DNA of 64,000 nt. It comes from an uncultured Acidobacteriota bacterium. GTDB taxonomy: Bacteria; Acidobacteriota; Vicinamibacteria; Vicinamibacterales; 2-12-FULL-66-21. A program made the translations under genes and the position numbers. Positions 1 to 12,986 of this stretch are shown here, in pieces. Location: the NCBI GenBank assembly GCA_963787175.1, contig CAWBCA010000017.1, positions 120,515 through 184,514 on the forward strand, written 5' to 3'. Below the pieces are notes generated by a model, which saw only the letters and a list, made by a program, of their open reading frames with translations, was not told the DNA's origin and searched no databases. The number at the start of each line of letters is the position of its first letter. The first letter of the stretch is position 1.

Positions 1-1940
1 CGACGGCTCCAGCCGTCGCTTGCCTGAAGGCGCCAGTGCAGGCGACCTTGCGGCCGCGATCTCGCCGCGTCTCGGCAAGGCCGCGCTCGCATCGGTCGTC
101 GACGGCCGCCTGGTCGACCTGTCCTGTCCCCTGCACGATGGCGCGCGCGTCCGGGTTGTCACGGGCGACAGCCCCGAAGCGCTCGGGCTCTACCGGCACA
201 GCACGGCACACCTGCTGGCGGCGGCGGTCACGCACCTGTTCCCCGGTGTCCAGTGCGGCATCGGTCCGGCGACAGAGGAGGGATTCTTCTACGACTTCGT
301 GGTCGAGCGGCCGTTCGTGCCGGAGGATCTCGCGGCGATCGAGAAGAAGATGAAGGAGCTCGCCACCCGCGACCTGCCGTACCGAACGGCACATGTGGCC
401 GCGCGACGAGGCCCTGCGGTTCTTCGGCGACCGGGGCGAGCGGCTCAAGGTGCAGCTGATCGAGGAGAAGACCGCCGGGCAGGCGGCCGTCTCCTGTTAC
501 ACGACCGGCGGGCCCGAGACATTTGCCGACTTCTGCGTAGGCCCGCACGTTCCCTCGTCCGGACGGTTGAAGGCGTTCAAGCTCCTCACGACCTCCAATG
601 CGTACTGGAAGGGGGACGCGCAGAACCAGCCGATGCAGCGCGTCTACGGCACGGCGTTCGCCAGCGACGGGGAGCTCAAGGCCCACCTGCTCCGGCTGGA
701 GGAGGCCAGGAAGCGCGACCACCGGAAGCTCGGGAAGGATCTCGGCCTCTTCATGTTCCACCAGTGGGCGCCCGGCGCGACGTTCTGGTTGAGCAAGGGC
801 ACGACGCTGTACAACCTCCTCGCCGGTTACATGCGGGAGGTCCTCTTCCCTGCCGGCTACGTGGAGATCAAGGCGCCGCTCATCTTCAACAAGGCGCTCT
901 GGGAAACGTCCGGCCATTGGCAGCACTATCGCCAGAACATGTTTCTGGTCGAGTCCGAAGGCGAACAGATGGGCATGAAGGCCATGAACTGCCCGGGCCA
1001 CATGCTCGTGTTCGCGAACGAGGTCCGCAGCTATCGCGACCTGCCGATCCGGCTGCACGAGCAGACACCGCTGCATCGCAACGAGGCATCAGGAGTGCTG
1101 TCGGGTCTGACACGCGTCCGGCAGTTCTCCCAGGACGACGCGCACTGCTTCGTCACGGAGGCGCAGATCGCCTCCGAGGTCGAGTCGCTGCTGAAGCTCG
1201 TGCAGCGCGTCTACGGCGACTTCGCGCTCCAGTACGAAGCGAAGCTCTCGACGCGTCCGGCGGAGTTCCTGGGCGAGGTCGCGACCTGGGATCAGGCCGA
1301 AGCGGGGCTGCGGAGTGCGCTGGATGCCGCGGGCCAGCCCTACACGCTGAACGAGGGGGACGGCGCGTTCTACGGTCCCAAGATCGACTTCGACATCACC
1401 GACGCGATCGGCCGCAAGTGGCAGTGCGCGACGATCCAGCTCGACTACCAGCTCCCGCAGCGCTTCGGGCTGAAGTACGTCGGCGCGGACAACGCCGAAC
1501 ACCAGCCGGTGGTGATCCACCGGGCGATCTTCGGCAGCTTCGAGCGGTTCATCGCCCTGCTGCATCGAGCACTACGCCGGAGCCTTCCCGCTCTGGCTCG
1601 CGCCGGTGCAGGCCGTCGTCCTGCCAATCGCGGACCGGCACTTCGAGTACGGCCGCGGTGTGCGGCCCGGCTCGCCGCGGCGGGGCTGCGGATCGAGAAC
1701 GACGAGCGCCAGGAAAAGATTGGATATAAGATCCGCGCGGCGCAGCTGCAGAAGATCCCCTACATGCTGGTGATTGGCGACCGTGAGGCCGCAGAGGGCA
1801 CCGTTGCCGTCAGGCATCGAACCGAGGGGGACCTCGGGTCGCGGCCGCTGGAAGAGTTCGTGCAGATCGCGGCAGACGAAGTGCGGGCCCGCCGCCGGGA
1901 CACCGGGGCGCGGTCCGAGCGGGAACAGGGAGCGGCTTGA
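1..1940 (+). CDS. thrS: threonine--tRNA ligase, 5' end just outside window, apparent frameshifts
   Basis: The TGS domain begins at the window edge ([21 protein letters not shown]). Class II core is in ORF 393..1940 ([58 protein letters not shown]). The frame changes near 385, 1565 and 1655; [26 protein letters not shown] lies in the third frame. Anticodon-binding end is [22 protein letters not shown]. Confidence 0.92.
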
Positions 1941-1944
1941 TGGG

Positions 1945-1965
1945 GCTGACAGCTGATCGCTGATG
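1945..1965 (+). repeat. three tandem heptads GCTGACA GCTGATC GCTGATG in the thrS-infC spacer
   Basis: Read directly. Each unit carries TGA, and the 7-nt spacing puts a stop in each of the three frames. It sits right after the thrS stop (1938-1940) and right before the infC Shine-Dalgarno. Confidence 0.7.
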
Positions 1966-1976
1966 AGGAGGTAGTT

Positions 1977-2615
1977 ATAGCATTCGACCGAAGCCCGCGG
2001 CGGGACGACCGCACCCGGGTCAACGAACGGATCAGGGTCCGCGAGGTGCGCGTCATCGACGACACCGGGACACAGCTGGGGATCATGGCGCCGCAACAGG
2101 CGCTGGTGATTGCCCGCCAGAAAGGGCTCGACCTGGTCGAGATCGCGGCCACCGCGGTTCCGCCGGTCTGCCGGATCATGGACTTCGGGCGCTATCAGTA
2201 CGCCGAGCAGAAGCGGGCACGGCAGGCCAAGAAGCACCAGAAGATCATCGAGGTCAAGGAGATCAAGTTCCGGCCCAAGGTCGACGAGCACGACTACCAG
2301 TTCAAGAAGAAGCACATCGAGCGCTTCCTGGCAGACGGCGACAAGGTCAAGGCGACGATCTTCTTCCGCGGCCGCGAGATGGCGCACCCGGAGATCGGCC
2401 GGCGCATCCTCGAGCGTCTGATCGAGGAACTGGGCGAAGTGGCCATCGCCGAGACGATGCCGCGGCAGGAAGGCAACCAGATGCACACGATCCTGTCGCA
2501 GCGGGCGGGCGCCAAGCGGACGGCACCGAAGCGGGAGCCGCCCGCCGAACGGATCACGGAGCCGGTGGCCGCGGAACGAACCCCGGAGCCCGTGCCCGAG
2601 CAGGAACCGCAATAG
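1977..2615 (+). CDS. infC: translation initiation factor IF-3 with probable non-canonical ATA start
   Basis: ORF 2046..2615 is IF-3 ([63 protein letters not shown]). The conserved N-terminus [11 protein letters not shown] continues upstream in frame. The frame is closed by TGA at 1947. ATA at 1977 lies 5 nt after GAGGAGG (1965-1971). Confidence 0.85.
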   Translation: MAFDRSPRRDDRTRVNERIRVREVRVIDDTGTQLGIMAPQQALVIARQKGLDLVEIAATAVPPVCRIMDFGRYQYAEQKRARQAKKHQKIIEVKEIKFRPKVDEHDYQFKKKHIERFLADGDKVKATIFFRGREMAHPEIGRRILERLIEELGEVAIAETMPRQEGNQMHTILSQRAGAKRTAPKREPPAERITEPVAAERTPEPVPEQEPQ

Positions 2616-2657
2616 GACAGAAGACGCCAGACAGAAGACAGAATTCAGAAGACCAGC
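2616..2657 (+). repeat. six in-register heptads, consensus GACAGAA, in the infC-rpmI spacer
   Basis: Reads GACAGAA GACGCCA GACAGAA GACAGAA TTCAGAA GACCAGC, starting on the base after the infC TAG. The same word in reverse complement (CTTCTGT x2) occurs at 13134-13147. Confidence 0.75.
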
Positions 2658-2686
2658 CGGACGTCGGTGGGAAGCTACAAGTCACC

Positions 2687-2881
2687 ATGCCGAAACTGAA
2701 GACGCACCGAGGGGCCGCCAAGCGGTTCAAGAAGACCGCCACAGGAAAGTTCCTGCGCAGCAAGGCCTTCAAGCGCCACATCCTGACCAGCAAGAGCCGC
2801 GCGCGCAAGCGCACGCTGCGCGGCACGGTGCTGGTGTCGCCCGCCGACCAGGCGAAACTGAGGCTGATGCTGCCGGACTGA
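2687..2881 (+). CDS. rpmI: 50S ribosomal protein L35
   Basis: [36 protein letters not shown], a typical L35. Intact ORF. Confidence 0.95.
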   Translation: MPKLKTHRGAAKRFKKTATGKFLRSKAFKRHILTSKSRARKRTLRGTVLVSPADQAKLRLMLPD

Positions 2882-2968
2882 TAACGCCGTGGGAATCGGG
2901 TGAGCGGTCCGACGGTGAGTCAGACAGGGATACGGATCCCGGATCGCGTCAGACAGGTCCAGAAGACA

Positions 2969-3355
2969 ATGCCGAGAGTCAAACGTGGGAACGTGCGGCG
3001 GGCAAAGCGGAAGAAACTGCTCGCCCGCGCCAAGGGCTTCTACCAGACCAAGAGCAAGCTGTATCGCTCGGCGAAGGAGTCGGTCGACACGGCGCTGAAA
3101 TATGCGTTCGTCGGCCGCCGCCGCAAGAAGCGTGACTTCCGGCGCCTGTGGGTCATGCGGATCAATGCCGCCGCGCGCGAGAACGGCTTGACCTACGGCC
3201 AGCTGATCGCCGGCCTGAAAGCGGCCGGCAATCCGATCGACCGGAAAATCCTGGCCGAGCTCGCCGTGACGCAGCCCGGCGGCATTCGCCGCGCTGGCGA
3301 AGGTCGCTGCCGAAGACGCACGGCCGTCCGCGCCGGCGCCCAGGCGGCCCAGTAG
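2969..3355 (+). CDS. rplT: 50S ribosomal protein L20 (3' end uncertain, probable indel)
   Basis: [37 protein letters not shown]...[22 protein letters not shown]. After ELAVTQPGG the L20-like tail [11 protein letters not shown] is in another frame. The ATG at 2969 is internal to ORF 2900..3355. Confidence 0.9.
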   Translation: MPRVKRGNVRRAKRKKLLARAKGFYQTKSKLYRSAKESVDTALKYAFVGRRRKKRDFRRLWVMRINAAARENGLTYGQLIAGLKAAGNPIDRKILAELAVTQPGGIRRAGEGRCRRRTAVRAGAQAAQ

Positions 3356-3421
3356 ACGTCCGTTCAGCCCGCTGCAGTCGTGAAGCGGCGGCCTCCTGCC
3401 CGGCACGGCCGCACGCAGCCC

Positions 3422-6554
<3,133 letters not shown>

Positions 6555-6589
6555 GCTCCAGCAAGCCGGTATCAAAGAGGAGATGGTCT

Positions 6590-6871
6590 TTGGCAAAAGG
6601 ACTTGCCACGCGATCGATCGACCTCGAACCGATCGACCGTCTGGAAGAGAAGCTCAAGCTGCTGGTGGGCGTGATCGAGCGGCTGCGCGGCGACAGCGCG
6701 CGCATGGCGGAAGAGAACACGCGCCTGGCGCGCGAGCTCGACTCGGCGCACGTCCGGCTCAACGAAGCGGAAGGCACCAGCGCCGAAATGGCGGCGCTGC
6801 GCGAGGAACGCGACCTGATCCGCGCGCGCGTCGACGAGATGCTGCAGCAGATCGAGTCGCTCAACCTCTGA
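6590..6871 (+). CDS. ZapB-like coiled-coil cell division protein (start uncertain)
   Basis: Coiled-coil peptide LEPIDRLEEKLKLLVGVIERLRGDSARMAEENTRLARELDSAHVRLNEAEG...LQQIESLNL lies at the tail of the 4643..6871 frame. TTG at 6590 is 7-8 nt after AAAGAGGAG. Position just upstream of zapA. Confidence 0.55.
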   Translation: MAKGLATRSIDLEPIDRLEEKLKLLVGVIERLRGDSARMAEENTRLARELDSAHVRLNEAEGTSAEMAALREERDLIRARVDEMLQQIESLNL

Positions 6872-6913
6872 CCGGACACCATCGGCACCACGACCAGCTG
6901 AACGACTGGGGAC

Positions 6914-7244
6914 ATGGAACAGGAACAGGAGTCCCGCGTCATCCACGTCGAGATTCACGGGCAGCGCTACCCGATTCGCAGCGCGCTCGACGCCCAGTAC
7001 GTGGCGGAGCTCGCGGCGTTCGTCGACGAGCGGATGCGGCTGGCGGCGCGCGAGTGTCCCGGCGGGCGACACGCTGAAGATTGCGGTGCTCGCCGCGCTC
7101 AACATCGCGGACGAGTACTTCAGGGCGTCCGACGCCGACCAGGATCGCCGGTCGAGTCTGAAGGACCGCGCCATCGAGCTCGAACGGATGGTGGATCTGG
7201 CCATCGGCCTTGCCGATCCGGACGACGGCCGAGGGGCAAACTAG
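6914..7244 (+). CDS. zapA: cell division protein ZapA, one apparent frameshift
   Basis: MEQEQESRVIHVEIHGQRYPIRSALDAQYVAELAAFVDERMR. After ~7060 the ZapA-like continuation GDTLKIAVLAALNIADEYFRA...RAIELERMVDLAIG is in another frame and ends at TAG 7242-7244. Confidence 0.85.
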
Positions 7245-7247
7245 CTC

Positions 7248-7276
7248 TCGACGCCCGCCTCGGGCTGAAGTAAGAT
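7248..7276 (+). promoter_or_regulatory. candidate sigma70-type promoter for 6S RNA (TCGACG-17 nt-TAAGAT)
   Basis: Hexamers read directly, with a 17-nt spacer. The predicted start at ~7283 sits just 5' of the 6S closing stem. Motif-only support. Confidence 0.3.
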
Positions 7277-7282
7277 CGATCC

Positions 7283-7478
7283 AGGAGTTTCAACGCTCCC
7301 TGCTTTGTTCGTGATGGCTCGGGGGCTCGTTTGAGCCAACGTTTCATCCCGAAGAGAATCGCGACGCCGCGTGGTGTGCATGCCTCTGTAAGAGGAAGCC
7401 TGAAGCGCAGCTTGTGCAGCGGTTCCACCTGCTTTACGCAGGTTCATTCGACCTCCCCACACGGCAAAGCGGGGCCTA
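7283..7478 (+). ncRNA. ssrS: 6S RNA
   Basis: Central region GAGCCAACGUUUCAUCCCGAAGAGAAUCGCGACGCCGCGUGGUGUGCAUGCCUCUGUAAGAGGAAGCCUGAAGCGCAG aligns by eye with E. coli 6S GAGCCGAUAUUUCAUACCACAAGAAUGUGGCGCUCCGCGGUUGGUGAGCAUGC...GAGAAGCCUUAAAACUGCG. Closing stem CCCUGCUUUG (7298-7307) pairs with CAAAGCGGGG (7465-7474). It lies immediately downstream of zapA, as in E. coli. Ends are approximate. Confidence 0.85.
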
Positions 7479-7725
7479 TCCGGTCGGTCCGGCGTGCGAC
7501 TACGGTCGGGGTCGCCTGCACTGACGCGTCCCGCACTTCACGCCGCGACCTCGCACACGAGCACGACAGGACAGCCGCCTCGCCGCACCGCGCCGAGGCA
7601 GGAGTTACAGGCCGCTGCTGCGAGGCCCGACGCGCGGAAGGCGCCGGCACACCGATGGCGCCCGGTGCAGCGATCCCGGCGGGATTCACGCGGGGGACCT
7701 CCCGCCTACTGCGACGGGGACACGC

Positions 7726-9311
7726 ATGGCTGTACCGGCGATTTATCCTCGCCAATGTCGCGATCACCGCGGCCATTGCCGGCGGGCGCCCTCGCCTACT
7801 GGCGGATCAGCGGCACCCGGCGCATGCCGCCTCCACCCTCGACCGCGCCCGCCGCGAGGCCGAGCAGGTCACCCGGCAGGCCGAGCGCGAAGCCGACAAC
7901 CTGCGCAAGGAAGCGGCGCTCGAAGCGCGCGAGCGGGCTCACGAGCTCGCCGCCGCCGCCGAGGTCGCCGGCGCGAACCCGCCAGCAGGAGATCACCGCG
8001 CCTCGAGCAGTCCCTCGCCGACAAGACCCGCGCGCTCGCCGACCGGATGGCCGCGACGCGACCAGCTGGAGACAGGAGCTGCGCGCCAGGGAGCAGGCGG
8101 CCGCGAGCGCGAGCAGGCGGCCGCCGCCGCCGTGGCCCGCGCCGAGCAGCTGCGTGCGCGAGCGCCAGCGCGAGCTGCAGCGCGTCGCCGGGCTGAGCGC
8201 CGACGAGGCGCGCGAGCTGCTGCTCCGTCAGCTCGAAGCCGACGCCCGCCGACAGCGCCGCCAACATGGTCAAGCGGCTCGAGACCGAAGCGCGCGAGAC
8301 CGGCGGCAGCGCGCGCGCAGGAGATCATCGCCGACGCCATCCAGCGCAGCGCCGCCGAGCACGCCATCGAGACGACCGTCTCGGTCGTCGATCTGCCGAG
8401 CGACGACATGAAGGGGCGGATCATCGGCCGCGAAGGGCGGAACATCCGGGCGCTCGAGACAGCTACCGGCGTCGAGCTGATCGTCGACGACACGCCCGGG
8501 GCGATCATCCTGTCCAGCTTCGACCCGTTCCGCCGCGAGGTCGCCCGCCAGGCCATCGAGCGACTGATCGCGGACGGCCGCATCCACCCCGCCCGCATCG
8601 AGGAGGTGGTCGAGAAGGTCAAGGGGGAGATGGACGACACCGTCCGGCGCGAGGGGGAAGCGGCCGCCTTCGAGCTCGGGCTCTACGACCTCCACCCCGA
8701 GGTGCTCCGGCTCATGGGCCGCTCGAAGTTCCGCACCAGCTACGGCCAGAACGTCCTCAACCACTCGAGGGAAGTGGCGTTCCTCGCCGGGATCATGGCG
8801 AGGGAGCTTGGACTGAACAGCCCGGTCGCGGTCCGCGCCGCGTTCCTGCACGACATCGGCAAGGCGATCGACCGCGACCTGCAGGGCACGCACCTCGAGC
8901 TCGGGCTCGACGTTCCTGCGCCAGCACGGCGAAAGCGAGCCCGTGCTGCAGGCGGTGGCCGCGCATCACATGGATATCGACTGGCCGTCGCTCGAAGCGA
9001 TGATGGTGCAGGCGGCCGACGCGATCTCGGCGGCCCGGCCCGGGGCGCGCCGCGAGATCCTCGAGTCCTACGTCAAGCGGCTCGAGAAGCTCGAAGGCAT
9101 CGCCGACTCGTTCCACGGCGTCTCGAAGGCCTTCGCGCTCCAGGCCGGCCGCGAGATCCGCATCGTCGTCGAGAGCGAGAAGGTCTCGGACGAGGAGACG
9201 GTGTGGCTGTCGAACGACATCGCCCGCCGCATCGAGAACGAGCTGGAATATCCCGGCCAAATCAAGGTCACGGTGATCAGGGAGACGCGGTGCTGTCGAC
9301 TACGCCCGGTA
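7726..9311 (+). CDS. rny: ribonuclease Y, many apparent frameshifts
   Basis: N-terminal hydrophobic segment [14 protein letters not shown], then coiled coil [27 protein letters not shown] domain [29 protein letters not shown] domain [17 protein letters not shown]...[10 protein letters not shown] and AVAAHHMD. C-terminus [14 protein letters not shown] plus AVDYAR-stop (TAG 9309-9311) in a shifted frame. At least six frame changes. Confidence 0.9.
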
Positions 9312-9328
9312 GCCGGCGGGCCTCCCTG

Positions 9329-10345
9329 ACGTCACCGGCTCGGAGAGCGCGCACTCATCGACCGCATCCGCCAGCGCTTCCCTGCACCCGCCCCTCCCCT
9401 TCATCGTCGGAATTGGCGACGATGCCGCGATCGTGCGGCCGGAGCGCGACGCGCTGCAGGTGCTGACGACCGACGCGCTGGTCGAGGGCGTTCACTTCGA
9501 CCGCCGCTACTGCTCGCTGGCGGACGTCGGCTATCGCGCGCTCGCCGTCAACGTCAGCGACATCGCCGCGATGGGCGCGGCGCCGCGCCTGGCGCTGCTG
9601 TCGCTTGATGCTTCCCGGACGGATCACCGCCGGGGATGTCGACGCGCTGGCGGACGGCGTCGGCGGCGATGGCGCGCGAGGCGGGCGTCGGCATGGCCGG
9701 CGGCAACCTGACACGTACGCCCGGGCCGCTGGTCGTCGACGTCACGGTCGATCGGGGACGGTCGGTCCGCGCAAGTTCCTGACGCGCGGCGGCGGCCGGC
9801 CGGCGACTGCTGTACGTGAGCGGCGCGCTCGGTGCGGCCGCCGCGGGTCTCGACTGGCTGCGAGCGCACCGAGCCGGGGCCCACGCGATAGTCCGGACGA
9901 CGAGGACGCTGGCCGGCTGCGTGGCGCGCTATCGCCGGCCCGCGCCCCGGGCCCGGCTCGGCGGCGCTCCTGGGCCGCACGCCGCGACGGCGCGGGCCTG
10001 CATGGACCTGAGCGACGGGCTGGCCGACGCCGCCCGCCAGGTCGCCGAGGCGGGCGGCACCGGCGTCGGGCATCGACGCCGCACGGCTGCCGATCGATCC
10101 GGCGCGCAGGCCTGGTTCACGCGCGCGGGATGCGACCCGGTCGCCGCCGCGCTCGAACGCGGGCGACGATTACGAGCTGCTCTTCGCCGTCCCGCCCAAG
10201 GGAGGCGGCCGGCGGCGCGGCGCCGTCCGGCTGGCCCGCGGGCTGCCCGTCACGCGCATCGGCGAGCTCACCGCCGAACCGGACGTCGTCCTGACTGCGC
10301 GACGGCCAGGCGGAGCCGCTGCCGTCCGGCTTCTCACACTTCTGA
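9329..10345 (+). CDS. thiL: thiamine-monophosphate kinase, many apparent frameshifts, start unresolved
   Basis: [128 protein letters not shown], spread over three frames. Stop TGA at 10343-10345. No clean start codon sits in frame with LGERALI. Confidence 0.85.
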
Positions 10346-10351
10346 CGCGCC

Positions 10352-10845
10352 ATGCTTCCCGCCCGGCTCAAACGCTGGCTCGAGCAGCTGCTGCACACCC
10401 ACGACACGCCGCGGCGCACCGCGGCGGCCTACGCGCTCGGGCGTGTTCTTCGGCTTCTCGCCGATGCTGGGGCTGCACACCGTGCTCGGGCCTCGCCGCG
10501 GCCTTCGTCTTCAACCTGAATCGGCTGGCCGTGGTCCTCGGCATCTACTCGAACCTGCCGTGGGTCGTGCCCGCCTACTACACCGTCGCCACGCTGTCGG
10601 GCGCTGCCATCCTGCGCGTGGAGGTGCCGCCCGGGCTGCTCAAGGAGCTGACCGACGCGCTGCAGGGAGCGTCGTGGGGCGAGTTCCGGCAGCTTGGCCC
10701 ATGCGTTGTGGCCGCTGGCGTGGGCCTTCGTGCTCGGCTCGACCCTCGGGGCGGTGATCCTGGCGGCGTTGCCTACCGCGGGTCGCTCGCGATGATCGCG
10801 GCGCACCGCCGCCGCCAGGCGCTCGAACGGGCCGTTCCGAAGTGA
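10352..10845 (+). CDS. DUF2062-family membrane protein, apparent frameshifts, 3' end uncertain
   Basis: [30 protein letters not shown] then [52 protein letters not shown]. Confidence 0.65.
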
Positions 10846-10963
10846 ACCGCCGGTGCACGCAGGCGCGTGCGCTCCACCCGACCGTGCGTCGCTCGTCCCA
10901 TCGACCGGGTGGCATGGGACCATGTGGGCCGTGCATGGCGATCGGCTCTGCCCTGCGCGCTAT

Positions 10964-12964
10964 GCCTCGTGACGGCGTCCCGGTCGCCGGCGATGACGCG
11001 CGGCTGTTCGACTCCTGATCCTTGTACTGGAGCTGATAGAGCTTGTAGTAAATCCCGCGTTGCGCCAGCAGCTCCTGGTGGCTGCCCGACTCCCGCAGCG
11101 CGCCGCGGTGCAGCACCAGGATGTTGTCCATGTCCTGGATCGTCGACAGCCGATGTGCGATGGCTATCGTCGTCCGGCCCGACATCAGCACGCGGAGCGC
11201 GTCGCGGATGAGCAGCTCGGTTTCGGTGTCGACGCTCGACGTCGCTTCGTCGAGGATCAGGACGCGCGGGATCGAAGGCGAGCGCGCGGGCGAACGACAG
11301 CAGCTGCTTCTGTCCGACCGACAGGGTGGCGCCCGCTCCGCGACCGGGCTGGCGTAGCCGAGCGGCAGCCGCTCGATGAACGCAGCTGGCGTGGACCGCG
11401 GCGGCCGCCTCCCTGACCTGCTCGTCGCGTGATCGACGTCGCGCCCCAGCCGGATGTTCGCGGCAATGGTGCCGGAGAACAGGTGGACGTCCTGCAGCAC
11501 CAGGCTGAAGATCCGAGCGCAGGTCGTCGAGCGGCACCTCGCGGACATCCACCCCGTCGACCAGGATGCGTCCCTTGCTGACGTCGTAGAAGCGCAGCAG
11601 CAGGTTGATCAGCGTGGACTTGCCGGCGCCCGTGGCGCCCGACCACCCCGACCCGCTCCCCGGCCGCACCTCGAACGAGACGTCCCGCAGCACGTAGTCC
11701 TCTCCGGAGTAGGCGAACCAGACGTGGTCGAAGAGGATGTGGCCGGGCAGGACGGGCGCCCGCGGCGCCGGGCGTTCGGCGCTCGGCGTTCGCAGCCGAC
11801 GCAATTGTCTGGACTCGTCCGCTCGGTTTACCGACGTGTCGTGACGCCTCAGGCAGCTGGGCTGCGGCCGGCTGCAGCCGGCTGGCCGAACGCGGTCCCG
11901 ATGCCCCGCCACAGCAGGTTCCGCCATTCCGAGCGCCGAGCGCCGGGCGCCGAGCCCCGAGCTGAATGGTCGCCTCGGTGTCCAGCAGCGTGAAGATGCG
12001 CTCGGACGAGGCCATGGCTGCCTGGAGCACGTTGAACTTCTCCGACATGTCGCTGATCGGGCGGAAGAAGCGCTGCGAGTACTGCAGGAATGCGACGAGC
12101 GACCCCAGCGTCAGCGTGCCCTCCATCGTCCAGCCGCCGCCGAACCAGATGATCAGCGCCGAGGCCAGCGCGCCGATCACTTCGATGGCCGGGTAGAACA
12201 CGGCGTAGTAGAAGATCGAGTCGACGTTGGCGTCGCGGTGCGCGCGGTTGATGGTCTCGAAGCGCTCGAAGCTGCGGCGCTCGCGCCGGAACAGCTGCAC
12301 CGTGCCCATGCCGGTGATGTGCTCCTGCAGGAAGGCGTTGATGCGGGCAATCCAGGTGCGGACGGTCCGGTACGAGTCGCGCACGTGCCGGCGGAACCAC
12401 TGCGTGACGAGGACGATCAGCGGCAGCACGGCAAAGGCGACCAGCGCCAGCCGCCAGTCCATGATCACCAGCACGATCATGATGCCGACCAGCGTGAACA
12501 CGTCGCCGAAGATCGACACCACGCCGGCGGTGAACATGTCGTTCAGCACGTCCACGTCGGTGGTGACCCGGGTCATCAGGCGCCCGACCGGGTTGCGGTC
12601 GAAGAACTGGAGGTCGAGCCGCTGCAGGTGACCATAGATCTGCATGCGCAGGTCGAACATGATGCGCTGCCCGGTCATCTGCAGCACCCACGTCTGGAGG
12701 TACTCGAGCAGGAACGAGGCGGCCAGGATCACCAGGAAGACCAGCGCGATCCGGTCGAGGCCCGGCAGGTCCCCGTTCGCGATGTACCTGTCGATCGCCA
12801 GCTTCATCAGGTAGGGCTGCGCCAGCTGCAGCACCGACGCGCAGATGATCGCGCGCAGCGCAATCGCCACGTAGCGCCTTGTACGGCCGCAGGTATCGCA
12901 GCAGCCGGCGCATCAGTCGGGCGTCGTATGCCTTGCCGAGTATCTCTTCGTCGTGGATGGACAT
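10964..12964 (-). CDS. ABC exporter half-transporter (TMD-NBD, MsbA-like), apparent frameshifts, 3' end uncertain, carries a repeat insertion in the TMD-NBD linker
   Basis: N-terminus [32 protein letters not shown] is in ORF 11257..12870. NBD motifs are spread over frames: [65 protein letters not shown]. No clean stop follows [12 protein letters not shown]. Confidence 0.85.
11774..11974. repeat. ~200-nt element with inverted heptad-repeat arms inside the ABC gene linker
   Basis: Left arm CGGCGCC GGGCGTT CGGCGCT CGGCGTT (11774-11801). Right arm CCGAGCG CCGAGCG CCGGGCG CCGAGCC CCGAGCT (11940-11974) is the reverse complement of the same heptad family. The 22-mer GGCGTTCGGCGCTCGGCGTTCG is also present at ~15004-15025. 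The central ~130 nt contains the palindrome CAGCCGGCTG. Confidence 0.7.
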
Positions 12965-12986
12965 GGGCAATTCGGGACGTCACACT

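Noticed and set aside
228-1076. Long antisense or alternative-frame ORFs throughout the track. Examples: 228..1076 (-), 1572..2612 (-), 4435..5709 (-), 15551..17533 (+), 18765..20324 (+), 25934..27307 (+), 46034..47500 (-), 49175..50596 (+).
   Set aside because: They are Arg/Ala/Pro/Gly-rich translations lying opposite to, or out of frame with, genes that have clear family motifs. This is the typical shadow-ORF behaviour of GC-rich DNA, where stops are rare.
7331-7725. N-terminal ~130 codons of the 711-aa ORF 7331..9466.
   Set aside because: This part overlaps the 6S RNA and an untranslated spacer. RNase Y homology only starts near 7726.
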